Positions 1 to 13,005 of a DNA stretch of 64,000 nucleotides are shown here, in pieces. How positions within the stretch are numbered: the stretch's first letter is position 1; each line of letters begins with the position of its first letter. Made by a program: the position numbers and the translations under genes. The stretch is from Diadema antillarum (taxonomy: Eukaryota). The notes below the pieces were generated by a model. That model did no database searches, had not been told where the DNA came from, and saw only the letters and a list, made by a program, of their open reading frames with translations. The stretch is from positions 5,022,001 to 5,086,000 of the forward strand of contig NW_027270906.1 of NCBI RefSeq assembly GCF_040938485.1, read 5' to 3'.

Positions 1-2048
1 TGCCATGATTAAGATCAAATCCACAAATGAATGTTCGTTTTGCCAAATTTTGGTGCGTTTCAAATTCCATGAAACCGTGGTCCCGAAACCGTACCGTACC
101 GGCGTACGTCTGATAAAGTCCATCTTAACGTGTTGATAACCATAATCTGAAATTTGATCGATAAATCAATTAGGGAATGGTATTGGTATAGGTACAGCTG
201 TAATTCTCGGTGTGCATCATCCATGAATGATTACCGCTTTATCGACCCGTTCTTTTCACTGAAGTCCATTTTAGCCGTATATTTCAGGCCTAACGTTATG
301 CAGATGGTCTACTCTAGATCTAACAATAACATAGGCCTAGGCTACAACTGTTACATTGTATTTATGTACATTTACAATCATGATAAAAAATGTTGATTTG
401 ACATTTACTGATTTAGCACAACTTAAACTCAAGCCTGAGCTGCTACTTCTGGTACAGGTAGGCAGTAAAACAATTGATTTAAAGAAAATGTCTCCATGCG
501 CCGTGTGAATAGTGCATTAACATAAGCATCGGTGTCAATTCGCGAAAACGTCTCGCAAAAGTGTCTATAGCCTTGTCAGCGAAAATATCTACGCAAAAAT
601 AACAGCGTATACATTAGTAGAGATTGTGTGTTATGCTGAGACTAAGAAAAAATGCACTAAGAGGATAAATGTGTCAGAAAGAGAGAGACTTAGATAGAGA
701 AAAAAAAGTGGAAGAGAGGGAGAGAGAATGTGGCACAGACAAAATGAGTAGAATTTACATGTACACCAATTCGACTTTGCCATAGAAAATTGGTAAATGT
801 ACTTCTGAGGGGGGGGGGGGGAGTACAAATGGGATATACTGTAAAAAGTGGGGGAGAGGCATGCCCCCTCAATTTTTTTTTCTGGGGGATGCCCCCCCCC
901 CCTTTCAATTTTGAAAATTAATAGGACTGTAATGTTTGTATTCATTTAAATTTTAAAAAACGACAAATTTATATCAATAATTTTCCTTAACTTAAGGTTG
1001 AGTCTATTTTGATGGCAAATTTTCACACACACACACACAAATCAGCTCGCTCTCTCACATATCATTAAGTATCATGCATTGACCCTCTCCCCCAGCTCAC
1101 AATTAATCATGTATTTGTAGCCTGTTTGAAAAATTCCAGGATATTCTTGTAAATTCCAGGAGTTTTTAGTGTTGATTTCAGGAGGACTGACCTTGAAAAG
1201 TGGAAGCACTGATGATATGAAACAATAAGACAGACGCAGGATCTTGCCTGCTTTTGATGAGCAACTGAAACTCTGGGCCTAACTTCTTTTAGTGGCGAGC
1301 ATTATGCCTAAATTAAAGTGCTTATCAATGAAGAAACTTGATTTATTTACGGTGCATATGTAATTATAGGTTTAATAAAGCAATCTAGAAATTCAACAGC
1401 AAGAAAAAAAAAACGCCGCAAACATGTTAAAAGAACTAATGTGAGTCCTCCGCATAGCCGCCATACAGCCTACACACAGCGCCCGTGCACACATGATTTT
1501 CGTCGAGCTCAGGACCCTTTCTATCGACTTTGTCAGACTGGCAAAAGATCGAGAAGTTTAACTCGAAGTTTTGCCAGTGTGACCGCAAACTTTCCACGTA
1601 ACTTTCCGCCAGACTTCTCGATCTGTTTGCGGGCTATTGTCTCCGAAGCGCAAGGCCATTGTCATGTACAAACGTGCATTGTTACGTCATAATCAATAGC
1701 CACTGGACGGCGTACTCTTGCTTGCGCGCGTACCAGTGGCCCAGTCTGACCGCGCCTAAGCGTGCACTCCATATATGGAAAAATTGACCTAACAAGATGG
1801 CGACGCAACACGGTAAATTTGGCTGCACGGTCTCGTGTATGTTGGGAATAGGGACACGCATTCAACTATGTTTTAGTTCGGTGCGTAGGATCTTTTTACA
1901 GGCTCTTACATGTTCGCCTGCAGGAATTATTTGTCAAAAATCGCGTACGGAGACAGTTTTTAATTTCCACCCGTATAAACTGGTGAAAGGTTATATTTTT
2001 GACTATTCTTAATTATCAGTACATTGAAAATCTCAGGACTGTCTCCCT

Positions 2049-2450
2049 TTAAAGGGACTTTACAGAACTGGTAGAGGTTAGGTTTCAGCTTGCGACGTTT
2101 TGCGAGATATTCAGAAGCCACTCTACTGATATGAAATGTTGATTAATAGCGTACAATTCTAAGAGGAATCAAAAGTTATTTGATGAAAATTGGTTTTGAA
2201 ATGACCGAGATATCTAAAAACAATGTAAAATAAAGAGATCCTATAAAAGTCGTGGCCAGTCAATTTTACTATGATCGTTTTTTTTTTACATTAGTATCTC
2301 AGCCATTTCAAGACCAATTTTTATCAAATAAATGTTGAATCCTTGAAATCACGTTCTCTTTCATATTTCATAAGATGTTTCTCATTACTTCACCAAAAAA
2401 TGTTATAAACCTGAATCCTCACCTCAACCAGTACTGTACTTTCCCTTTGA
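2049..2450. mobile_element. TTAA|AGG-type (Kolobok-like) MITE
   Basis: TTAAAGGGACTTTACAGAACTGGTAGAGGTTAGGTTTCAG versus CTGAATCCTCACCTCAACCAGTACTGTACTTTCCCTTTGA; imperfect long TIRs. Confidence 0.6.
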
Positions 2451-3044
2451 AAAGCCGTGTATTACCTCCGACAACCAACTATCTATCGGACTGCCTATAT
2501 ACCAATGATTTCAGAGGTCAAAGAATGGTCACCGACAGGCCTTCGCCCAAGTGGGAAGGGGGGGGGGGGGGTGTCGGCTGACCGTAAACAATATGGTAGC
2601 TTTATACTTTTGCGTGTATTCATGTGGGTTATATACCTTAAAGATTTGGGCAAAGAATAATTATGTCTGGCGTTTTATCTGGCATTGATGTGTGAAAGCG
2701 AAGTCACACAGCACTGCTCTCCCAGACAGGTATTGTTGACCCTCTTACTGTTTTCAATACATCTTTTCATCTTATTCGAGATTTTTTTCCCGTATATTGT
2801 AGGGATATTGTAGGCTCCAGCGTATGCTTATCTGGCTTCAACACGCATGATGATACATGTATTGCCAAATTGCACAGTCTGATTGTATTTTGTTATGTAA
2901 CGTTATGTCATGTTATTGAATGCTTATCACACAGGTTTTTTTTTTTCTATTTTGAGAAATACGAGATTTAAAGAAACTGAATTGAAGTTGGCCTTTATCA
3001 CAAGCAAAACAAACAAACTGGTGCATTGCTTCATTACATCGCTA

Positions 3045-3265
3045 ATAGAGCAGAACGGTGATATGCCTCAGTCAGTCTGCCTTCGAATCCAAATGATCCA
3101 GGTTCCATTCCTGAGTCATGCCTTGTGTCAACTCAATCTGTCACTAAAAGCTTGGGTAGAACATTATTGTGATCCCGTGTGTGAGTTACACCCCACGCGC
3201 GTAAAGATATTCTATTTCATTCATCGCAAAGAGCACGGTGCTAACCCGTTGCAGTAGCCCACCTA
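3045..3265 (+). mobile_element. Degenerate tRNA-derived SINE (tentative)
   Basis: B-box-like GGTTCCATTCC at 3101-3111 followed by a body ending AAAGAGCACGGTGCTAACCCG. Pattern recognition only. Confidence 0.3.
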
Positions 3266-3935
3266 TTTAATTCCCACACAAGATCATCTTCATGATAGGC
3301 TGCATAGCCATTTGAAGATCGCGAAAAGAAGAAAAATAAGTGTACTGCAACGAGTATCTTGCACGCCAAGAGGGTTTGTCCAATACCTGCACAGCCTGCA
3401 ATGTTGATTGACCAACCCCCCCCCCTCCAAAAAAAAAAAAAAAAAAAATCGCGTCAAGATGTATTATCTGAGCAGTAAGAAACGGCTTAAGCATATCTTT
3501 CCCGTCGCTAAGCTTCGTTCTTGTTTTCGTTTACTTCTCAGTCGCTCTTATCAAACGTCTTTTATCCTTTATATCCGATGTCTCGTCACGGTTTGTTCAG
3601 CGTATAAACGTTTTGATTGACTTAGGAAATCTCGTCAAGCTGTCTGGATTAACGCAAAGAAAACTTTTCATGCACGTCTCTCATGTCTTCAAGCTGCGTT
3701 CTTGTTCTTAAAAGAAAGTCATTTTGCTCTTTTCCCCATTAGTATAGTTTTTGTAACACAACTAGATGACGCAGCTTCTCAATAGTTCTGTTATGCAGCA
3801 TAAATATGTTTTTATCTTTACCGAAAGGGATCTGGAAGGGGGGGGGGGGGAGGGGAACGCTGGAAAATATCAAGTTGTTCTAAAGATTTAAAACCTTGCT
3901 TCTGTGTATATGTACATCACTGTGGCCGAGGAACA

Positions 3936-3936
<1 letters not shown>

Positions 3937-3987
<51 letters not shown>
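3937..3987. repeat. (ATTG)n microsatellite
   Basis: Direct reading of the sequence. Confidence 0.97.
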
Positions 3988-4193
3988 AATTAATTGATTT
4001 GAATTTATTTCCACTTTGTGTTCACAAGAACAAAAAAACACAATTGAGTTACGACGATTACGCGATAACATACAAGTCTTTTAGGATATCATGTATGAAC
4101 AGGTGTTATTAACATCAACAATCTTCATTTTATGCTGCTACTCTACCGCATCAACTATCTCATTTTAATTATCATCTTAAAACATTGTGATAG

Positions 4194-4426
4194 GGGACTG
4201 GGACTTCTCAGCACCAGACATCCCTACAACAGCAGCGTCATGATCAATGACACCCTGCCCATGAAGGTCATGTCTGGCGCTGTCAAGGTCAAAGGTCAGA
4301 TCCAGCGCTTCGACGGTTCGACCGTCGTCTTTGATGACGGGTCTCGGGCGGAGGACGTGGACTGCGTCATCTTCGCCACCGGTTTCCAATTCGAAGCGAC
4401 GTTCATCGACAACAGCATCATCGCTG
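4194..4426 (+). CDS. FMO: Flavin-containing monooxygenase, internal exon (first FMO exon visible in the window)
   Basis: TAG|G acceptor at 4191-4193, GTAAGT donor at 4427. Encodes (R)GLGLLSTRHPYNSSVMINDTLPMKVMSGAVKVKGQIQRFDGSTVVFDDGSRAEDVDCVIFATGFQFEATFIDNSIIA, matching the FMO 'NDxLP..I.SG.VKVK...F.DG...D.VIFATG(Y/F)' block. Enters in phase 2, leaves in phase 1. Confidence 0.93.
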
Positions 4427-5985
4427 GTAAGTATGGAGCTTTAGTTTTTCGCGATGGGGACGTTCAGAGGGGGGAAAAACTGTTCTGAGCATGCGCAGAA
4501 TCACGTATCAAAGACGATCTAATTAGAGCTCGCGTCGTCTTGTGCTTTCACTACGCGTTCTGTGCTATTTTTACGTCCGCTCAATTCACGACGTAGAGAG
4601 CTACTTTTATGCACCTGTCATATTACAGGGGTGCCATTTTTGTGGTTGCGCTCGGCGCAGTAATCTAAACGTACTTTTGAATTTCAACACGACGCAGGGA
4701 AGAGGAGAACGTTCAGCTCAAACGTCCGCGCCGCAAATCTAAAGCTCTCCTCTTCTCTTCTCCGTCTCTTTCTATAGAATACTCGTACTGTAAATGTGAT
4801 CAAGTGGACTCATATCGATCGAGCAGAAATGATCAAACAATCGAAACAGTTCAAAATATTCGAGGGGATTCAGAATTTCGCTGTTCACATGTTCTTCACA
4901 AGGACGTGAAACAGATTTCGGTTGCAATCACATTTTACACGATAAATGAGATGATGCCATCTCTTTATAACAAATTTCGCTTCATCCCGATCTTTAAAAA
5001 TAACAATTATATCGATAAATCACTACTTCTTCAAACATTAACGTTTCAATCTTTGTGACAAAAAACAAAACAATGACGCTGTCCGAAGTAATAAAAACGG
5101 AAAATATAGGTACCCACCACGAGGGGGATTAAAAACGAGTGACAGAGTGACCAACAAATCCGAAAGCGTAACGTCTCGCCCACAGCGATTCAAAATCTGT
5201 GGTCGTACAGGCCCCATTTAGTATATGAACTCAGGCTGTTTGGACATTCAAGAAAAATAGGAAATCCTTATACTTTCGAATCTTGCGTTTCTGAAATTAA
5301 CATCAGAAAACAACAAAAACAAAGAGGCAAACAAACCAAAATCAACAAATTTCCAATTTCAAGATGTCGTGAGCTACTTATATAGTTCCCTTGTTCTTCT
5401 GTATTTTGCGGACTTACTACAGTATTTGTACAGTGTTCGATTACATGTCTGTATGTGTATGGCCGGCATGTGTCAGTCAGGTAAGTGAATCATGTGAAGA
5501 CCTACACGGATTGATAACCACAACCAGTTCGTGCGTTAAAGCTCTTTAGTTGAGACTATCTGAGCAGATTAGTTTTAACAATGAGTTACAGACAGACCAT
5601 CAAATCCTCAAGAGTGACGTCTCGCCCGCACCGTTTAATCAATACGATCTTCTGAACTCAAATTGCGTTTTAGTTTATGTACCTTTATGACTCTTTTTAC
5701 TCGGACCGGTAATTCAGTGTACGCGACAAGCCGTAAGAGGGTGTGATAATTATGTACAAGAGGATTGCGATACGCCGAGGTAGAACTGCGTTGGCAGACT
5801 CATGATGATTATCGCAATCAGAAAATTTGCGCCCTCTCTTTGGTTTGTCGTAATTGGCATAATATCGCACCAAATTTATTCAACCATTCTTGTTAAAACA
5901 GCTAAGACAATTTTTTCATGAATTACTGTAGTTTCATATGTATTGATTCTATGTTTTGGTCTGTTTTGTTTTGTTTTTCTCTCAG

Positions 5986-6230
5986 ATGATCTCGGTAAAC
6001 TAGAGCTGTTTATGCATGTTCTGCCACCCCGCCTAAAGCACCGAACCCTGACCGTGATCGGATTTGTGGAGTGTCGCGGCGGGACGGGCCCGATGGCCGA
6101 ACTGCAGGCACGCTGGTCCACGCAGTTGTTCAAGGGGAATATCGTCCTGCCCAGCTTAGAAAACATGCTTGCCGATATACAGACGACGAGGGACGAGGGC
6201 TACAAACGCTACCAACTCTTTCGTCCACGA
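5986..6230 (+). CDS. FMO: FMO penultimate exon
   Basis: Polypyrimidine tract plus CAG acceptor at 5983-5985, GTGAGT donor at 6231. Phase 1 joins the previous exon (G|AT=D). Encodes DLGKLELFMHVLPPRLKHRTLTVIGFVECRGGTGPMAELQARWSTQLFKG..., the FMO 'TL..IG......P..ELQARW' motif. Confidence 0.93.
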
Positions 6231-6451
6231 GTGAGTGAAAATATAATTAATATGCAACCCCCAGTTAGAAAACAGCGTGAAATCGTATTACAAAAAGTGA
6301 AAGTAATACGAGTTTCACCATTGGTAAAGTAGGACATGATGTAAACTAACGAAAATGATGTTTTTGGAAATCTAAGATTTTTACTTCACCTTCACCAACT
6401 GACTACGGAAATGAGGGCTTAATTGCCTGGCAACTTTCCTATGTCTATACA

Positions 6452-6850
6452 TTAAAGGGGAATTTCAGTTAAATGGGAATGTTCACCCCAATGCACATGT
6501 GGATTGAGTGAATGTAGTAATCTCTATAATTATCATAGTTGAAGACATCAGCGAAAATGAGAGGACAAGCGGACAATCCGTTCAAAAGTTATGAGTTTTT
6601 AAAGTTTCGATGCAGCCGTCGCTGAATGAGAAGAACAGTTTGTGGCGTCACTATGAAGAACAATGTAAAGAAAGTATACAAATACAAAAATAAACACATT
6701 ATCACTTTAATTTCTAGCAGTAATAAAAGAGCACTTATGACTTGTCTCTTTCAGAAAGAAGAGGGAATAATATATACCTTTAACATGATAAGTCAAGCAA
6801 TAAGTCGAGGGAATGTGTTGGCCCTACTTTTCAAAAAGAGAATTTGTAAA
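6452..6850. mobile_element. Truncated copy of the same Kolobok-like family in the last FMO intron; right boundary approximate
   Basis: ACATGTGGATTGAGTGAATG...GGACAATCCGTTCAAAAGTTATGAGTTTTTAAAGTTT shared with the 9431 and 49006 copies. Confidence 0.55.
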
Positions 6851-6919
6851 CTAAGCTCTATGTAGTGATTGGTTTGAACTTAATGATGAATATTTTTTCT
6901 TGACTTTTTCCTCTGCCAG

Positions 6920-7321
6920 GCGTCAACCGTGGAGTACCAGGACATGCTGGCAAAGAGCATGAATGCTTTACCGTCCTTTCTGGACCTGGTCTTCCGCGAC
7001 CCGGTCCTGGCCCTGCATCACTACTTTGGACCAGCACTACCACAGAGCTACCGTCTCGTTGGCCCTCATGCACAGAAGAACGCGCGGGAACGGGTCATCG
7101 AGAGCGCGCGCAGGTTGATGCACGGAATCACTCTGTCCACTGTGCGGCGGCTAGCCGACCCGAAGTGCAAAAGCGCTAACAGCCGCGGAGGAGAAGAGTG
7201 GAACTGTCGAGTTAACGTAGATGACGGGCTTTTGGACAGGTTATTCAAAGGCCCAGGTTTTCTGTTCTGCTCCGGCTGTGCTTTGATTTGCTGTTCTCTG
7301 TTGATAGCGAGCCTCATGTAG
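6920..7321 (+). CDS. FMO: FMO terminal exon with C-terminal hydrophobic membrane anchor
   Basis: CAG acceptor at 6917-6919, phase 0. Encodes ASTVEYQDMLAKSMNALPSFLDLVFRDPVLALHHYFGPALPQSYRLVGPHA... (FMO 'DP.LAL...FGP.....YRL.GP'). Ends FLFCSGCALICCSLLIASLM-stop (TAG 7319-7321). Confidence 0.93.
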   Translation, partial: ASTVEYQDMLAKSMNALPSFLDLVFRDPVLALHHYFGPALPQSYRLVGPHAQKNARERVIESARRLMHGITLSTVRRLADPKCKSANSRGGEEWNCRVNVDDGLLDRLFKGPGFLFCSGCALICCSLLIASLM

Positions 7322-9430
7322 TTGAAAATGTCATGCAGAGAACGACAGTTACCACCGGACGAAGCAAAGGAGGCTTTTATTATAACCACGGGCATCTATT
7401 CCCTTACAAGGTGTTACTAAGTAACCTATCATAATTACAATTATTATACTCCGTATGAAGAGTAAACCTAAATGTGTGCTTAATTTCTTTGACCAAAACA
7501 AGACAACACAAAGACAGATGCTCTCATTGGTTAACTAGTCTAAATTTTCAACCAATCAGCCCTCACCTAGACCCGGCTGGAGACCCACGAGGCCTCCACA
7601 TCCTTCATGGTGCTACCCTGTGACTGTAACTGTCATTTTTGCTTCAGTTTGTTAGGGTGTGAAACAGCCTCTCAAATGAGAAGTGCATTTTTTTGCAGTG
7701 ATCTGAAATTGGTCGGCAGAATTGGAAACAGTCGTGACTTACAACATACACTGTGGTACACAATAAACCTAGTAGTGTAAAGAAGTCTTAGTTTTAAGTA
7801 TAAGACTTCTGACGCAGTGCTGTAAATTCGCTTGCCCAAAATAATTCTTCACACTTCCTAAGGTGTATAATTTTCTGTCTTGCTTCAGTAGATTGTTGTG
7901 TTATGTCTTTTTTTTCAGTAATGTTGGCCATACAGTTAGAAGGAGTATAAGTCTGAAATTCTAACAGTTTCTTCTTGATGTATCTTTATGTATATCTTGA
8001 TTTGAGAATTATGACAATAAAGAAATGATTCCACAGATTAGTTAGTTTATTCCAATTCACCCAGCCTGAATGTCGAGCGAAATAAAATTGTGTTTGTTAC
8101 GGGCTCATGCACATTGTTTGTATAACAAGGATACGCATTCGTGACATCACAGTACATATATTTTGTAATGATAGAACATGGACTATTGTGGCGGGGCTGC
8201 ACCTGCAGATATTGGCTAACAGTGCTTGACTTTGACACTTCAATGAGAACAATGAATGTTACGTGATGTTAGATCGACCAATCACAAACCTTGTTGCTAA
8301 TAAAATGTTAACACCAGCTTCAGTGATTTCCTTTGTTCTACATAGCGAACTTAGTACAAATTTGTGGCTGATTTTAGAGTTTGGTATCAGGGACTTGAAG
8401 CAGCTGCGAACCATTCACACATTAAATGTATTTACCAATTTTCTCTATGCACATTAAATAGAGCCTGATATTTGATATCGTACTCAATCTCCCATATTTT
8501 GGTGCTTAGTAGAGTAACGATTTTTCATGAAGTTCCCACCTCAAGTGTACCACATGGCATGTTGTGTATATACGGATGATGTTATGCTTTATGTGTTTTG
8601 TGTGTCATGAGTAGCATATAGGGTGACTAATGGCAATATCGAAATACATTTTCTTTTGATGGAAGCACGCTTCTTTGCAATAATATTCGTGATGCTCTGT
8701 ATTGTCTTTAAATATAGTTCAGACTTCAGAAAAATACTGTTGTGAATGTTTGCGGTTCCGATATTTATTTTACATTTGCCCCAATATCAAGTCTTAATTT
8801 GACTGTTGGTGATTTATGTTTTGTTGCTTATAAAAAGAAACTTGTTAGCTTATGTACATGTTGCGAATCGAGTTGCTTTAAATAAATTGCATTGTCTTCA
8901 AGCGCTACACATTAATTATTTTGTGTAATGGTCAATGAAGTCTCTTTCGACAGAAATTAGATCTCGCACAAGAAAATACGAAAAACTGTCACGTTGGGAG
9001 TAATGAATAGAGTGGATTGCAGCATACAAAACGATACATTTTGACTGGATTCGTACAAGAAAGTTTGGAAGTTCGAACGTTTTCATGAATCGGTGATGTC
9101 GGTTGCAATTAAATACACTGTATGCAAATTAGATGGGGTAATGATGTCATCGCCTCACTATGGACATGCCTTTAAAATTGACAGGATGAATGATATCATC
9201 TTCATCAAAATGATTGATACAGATAATTAAGTATATACAACTTTCAGAACTGGGATGTAGATGCTAAATGTTTGACCAAAAATATGAATTCATATTCATT
9301 GTTGTCTCACTTGGCAACAGCTATTACTGTTATGTGAAAACATGAAGGGACATTTTAATGTAAGGTGTATTATGACGACAAACAAACACCTGCCTGCATT
9401 CGCTTTTAAACAGTTTATAATTCATGTTCC

Positions 9431-9835
9431 TTAAAGGACAAGGTCACCTGCATGTAAATATGGATTGAGTGAATGCAGTGATATCAGAACATTCTCGGTG
9501 AACGTTTGAAGAAAATCGGACAATCAGCGATAAAAAGTAAGGAATTTTTAAAGTTCTTGTGCAGTCACTGCTGGATGAGAAGACTACTACAGTTGTTATG
9601 TCACAAAGAAAATGTAAAGAGAATTCCATAAAATTTCTTTTTCTTAAAGTACACACTCACTCGACTTGTTACTGACGTATGATTATAGGGTAATATTATT
9701 CCCCTGCCTTCTGAAAGAGGCAAGTCGATTGCTCTTTTTATTATGGGAAAAAAAGTGAAAATATGATTTTGCTTTCTATCTTCTGCATTCAATCAATCCA
9801 CATGTATATTACTGTAAGTTGAACTGGTCCTTTAA
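9431..9835. mobile_element. Kolobok-like MITE, 'TTAAAGGACAAG' family
   Basis: TTAA|AGGACAAGGTCACC...TGGATTGAGTGAATGCAG left arm and CTGCATTCAATCAATCCACATG...GAACTGGTCCT|TTAA right arm. Homologous to 6452-6850 and 49006-49524. Confidence 0.65.
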
Positions 9836-9857
9836 CTAACTTGAACATCCACAAGGT

Positions 9858-9861
<4 letters not shown>

Positions 9862-9903
<42 letters not shown>

Positions 9904-10023
9904 CTACATTCGGTGACGTATACAGCTACGTTTATACTATCTTGTATATAATATAAAAGTGACGTAGAATATCTTATGGACCACTAAGTCTTTGAAGTTT
10001 TGTAGTAGAAAGGTTTATATGTA

Positions 10024-10067
<44 letters not shown>

Positions 10068-10241
10068 AATGAATAACAGCGATAGGGTCATAATAAATAG
10101 GTTCACACATGGTTCATAATAATTCATTTATGTATTTATTATATCCATTCATTTCATTTCATTCATTTTATTGTTTCTGTATGGTACAATATAATCAACT
10201 ATGATCACTTTCAGAAATAAAGACATGGTTCATGAAAATTC

Positions 10242-10276
<35 letters not shown>

Positions 10277-10483
10277 CTACATACACCTGTCTATTAAAGT
10301 AAACGAAATAAAGGGCGATACATAGTGTATCCGGTGGCGTATACAGCTACGTTTTGACGCTTAAATATATCATGGTTCGCTAAGTCTTTGAAGTAGGCCT
10401 ATATTCCGGTTTTAAAACAACAAAAAGTTTTGTAGTATACAAAAAAAGTAATTTGTTTCGAAGTCGGTTGGTCAATGCGCCCG

Positions 10484-10529
<46 letters not shown>

Positions 10530-10536
10530 CACACAC
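9862..10536. repeat. Cluster of (TA)n tracts (~9862, ~10028, ~10246) and a (CA)n tract (10489-10536), with a degenerate ~130-bp duplicated unit following the first and third TA tracts
   Basis: TAATTTCTACAT...CGTATACAGCTACGTTT...CTAAGTCTTTGAAGT occurs at ~9898-10010 and ~10271-10435. Confidence 0.8.
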
Positions 10537-10959
10537 ACAAACCAGAACTTTGACCAGACAGTGCTGTACTGCGAGATTTTCATATCAGTTGAATGCTTTG
10601 ACACTGCAATTCGGATTAATCATTAACTGCACCAGACGACTCGAACAAATTTGTACAATGCGTCGTGCCGTGCTGCCCCAGCGCACAAACGTTTGCGCGT
10701 AAAATGAAGTAAAGAAATCATTAAAAAGATGTATATGACTCACCAATGAAGACGCCTTGCTTGCATGACATTACTTACCACCTGCACGTAGATGATACAG
10801 ACCGACACTAATGAAAAATGGTGGTCATTCATGGCAGGAATTGCGATTAAAAATAAAACAACTATGCAGAGTTCCAGAGGGTTGACCGTGATCTGGGATC
10901 TCTGAACAAGCAATTTACCCTCTTGCTTTTTTGTACCTGTACCGTGAACCTGTTTCATC

Positions 10960-11190
10960 AACGAACTGCGTGTACATGCGAGCGATATAGTCGCGTTTAC
11001 GATGTATATTCCTGGAGCTTTCGACATGGCTACATGGATTCGAAGTGGAAAAGAATTCAACATACAACGGGGATAGTTTCATGCGAAAGCTTCCTAACTC
11101 GAGGAATAACTCGTTTCAGACTAGATCGGTTTAACAAGAGCGAAAATCATCGTTGTTCGCTTCTCGAGCCATTCAAGTACATCCCATAAT
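10960..11190 (+). other. Probable non-coding first exon (5' UTR) of the ST8Sia-like gene; start approximate
   Basis: CpG-enriched stretch ending in a consensus GTAAGT donor at 11191. A matching acceptor (TTTTTCCTTTACAG, 12941-12954) precedes the first coding exon. No transcript evidence. Confidence 0.35.
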
Positions 11191-11784
11191 GTAAGTACAG
11201 TGTATTCTATTGAAGATTTGTCAGTTCACTGTTCATAAGATTCAAGCCGCACAAACAGGTGCATATTGATTAAGTATGTAAATAGATATATATGCAGAAT
11301 AATGAATATAAATAACTATAGGCATAAGTGAGACCTACGCTCGTATCTATGAACACACAATGTAGCCAAATCAAATTCTTTTGTTTACTCTATGAGACCT
11401 AATTTCACCATTTGATAGCGTGTAAAATGAGACGATATCTGGTTTGTTTGTGCATTAGTGTGTGTGTGTGTGCTTTTTTTTCTCGCATATTGCATTAATC
11501 AATGCCAGAAATACTGCAAAACGTACGAAAGAACGTTGTTATGAAATGTAACTTTGAGGACTGCTACTATATGAATGAAGATGAAGACCATTATTAAATG
11601 TTTGTTTTTCCCCTAAAATTTCAAAGAATCTATCGTCGAATTATCTACTTCTCCAGTAGAAAATTCAATCAACACATTGCAATTACCACCGAAGTGTCAG
11701 CTGATTAGCGAATTATGAAAAAAAAATATTTACAGGTACGAGTCTTAGTGTTGTGAAAAAAAAATCACAGTAAGTTGGATGCCT

Positions 11785-12520
11785 TTTCTATGATATCAAA
11801 CCATCCTGTGACGTCAAACCTTATTATGACCTCAAACATTTGAACAGTGTGATATTCTAACCTTATCGTCATATCAAACGTTTCAGTTTCAGTTTCAGTC
11901 TTTTTTAAACAAATATTCACAGTCACCACTTACACATACACGTGGGAACATGTAGGCCTACATGTATCAGTCACAAAACTGAAGCAGGTTTATATACAGT
12001 GAATGTTGTGAGGGATTTAAATCAAGCACAGTTTTTTTTTTACATTATTATGATATTAAACCTAAATACTATATCAAACCCTATTCTGGTACCTTATTGT
12101 GATATCAAATCTTATCATATATTCATACTTAATCTCTTTGTGATATCAGACCATATTGTTTCATCAAGCCTTATTCCATTGATGTAAGTTTTCATTCATC
12201 CAGTTGAGATTCAATTAAGAAACAATAATCAGATTGCTACATGATCTGCACTTGCTGAACGATTTCACGTCTGATCCTGGACGCTCCATCAGCTCAACGT
12301 TTTTCACCCACAAACTGAGACAAGCTGATAGCATCCCAGGATCGGACATGAAACTGTTCTCGGAATTTAACAGTAGCAAGTCCAGATGTTATGATTTAAG
12401 TCTTGTTTCATAGCCAAGCCTTATCGTTTAATCAAACCATGTTGTGACATTGAACCTTTTTGTGATATTGAACCTTATTACTGTATCAAAACTTATTTTG
12501 ACATCAAAGCTTTGTATATT
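11785..12520. repeat. Degenerate ~18-bp minisatellite (consensus TTATTGTGATATCAAACC) in three blocks
   Basis: Blocks at ~11785-11880, ~12045-12180 and ~12410-12520 with recurring GATATCAAACC(T)TAT variants. Confidence 0.7.
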
Positions 12521-13005
12521 GTAAGAACAAACAGCAATACAAATGCATCTCGAAAAGATTGAGTGTACTCTATAATCATGAAGTACAGGCACTTAGCATA
12601 ATTATCAAGCAATTTTACGTTGCTGTTTAAAGCTTAGCAAGAAAGTGCTACTCAACGAAACGATTGTAATGCACTCCAAAATTACTACACAAGAAAACAT
12701 TTTTTTTTTTGTTCCATTATAATATTTTGTAAAGGTCACAAATCGATGCTATTTTCAAGTACAGATGGTATGAAACAATCTAATAATCTAAAGTTGAATA
12801 CAGTCATGCATATCGTTAGATTCTATAATTTTGAAAGGGAAAAACCAATTTATACAATACATTGGCACTTGTTGCAGCGATTATGTTTGTGTGCATTTGA
12901 AAATTTGAGTATTTTAGAATGGCATTGACATTGCTCTCTGTTTTTCCTTTACAGTGATGAATACAATTCTTTCAGCGTAAAGTACTGAAGTATAACATCC
13001 TTACC

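Noticed and set aside
1795-1820. CAAGATGGCG (YY1-like) motif with ATG GCG ACG CAA CAC G|GTAAAT resembling a first coding exon
   Set aside because: Does not resemble an FMO N-terminus. It lies in a CpG-rich block ending in ...CTGTCTCCCTTTAA (2052), which looks like a transposon terminus, so probably repeat-derived.
2660-2735. 'SGIDV' followed by a CAG|GTATTG donor, superficially like the FMO GxSGxD exon
   Set aside because: In-frame TGA immediately after SGIDV, no acceptor and no further similarity.
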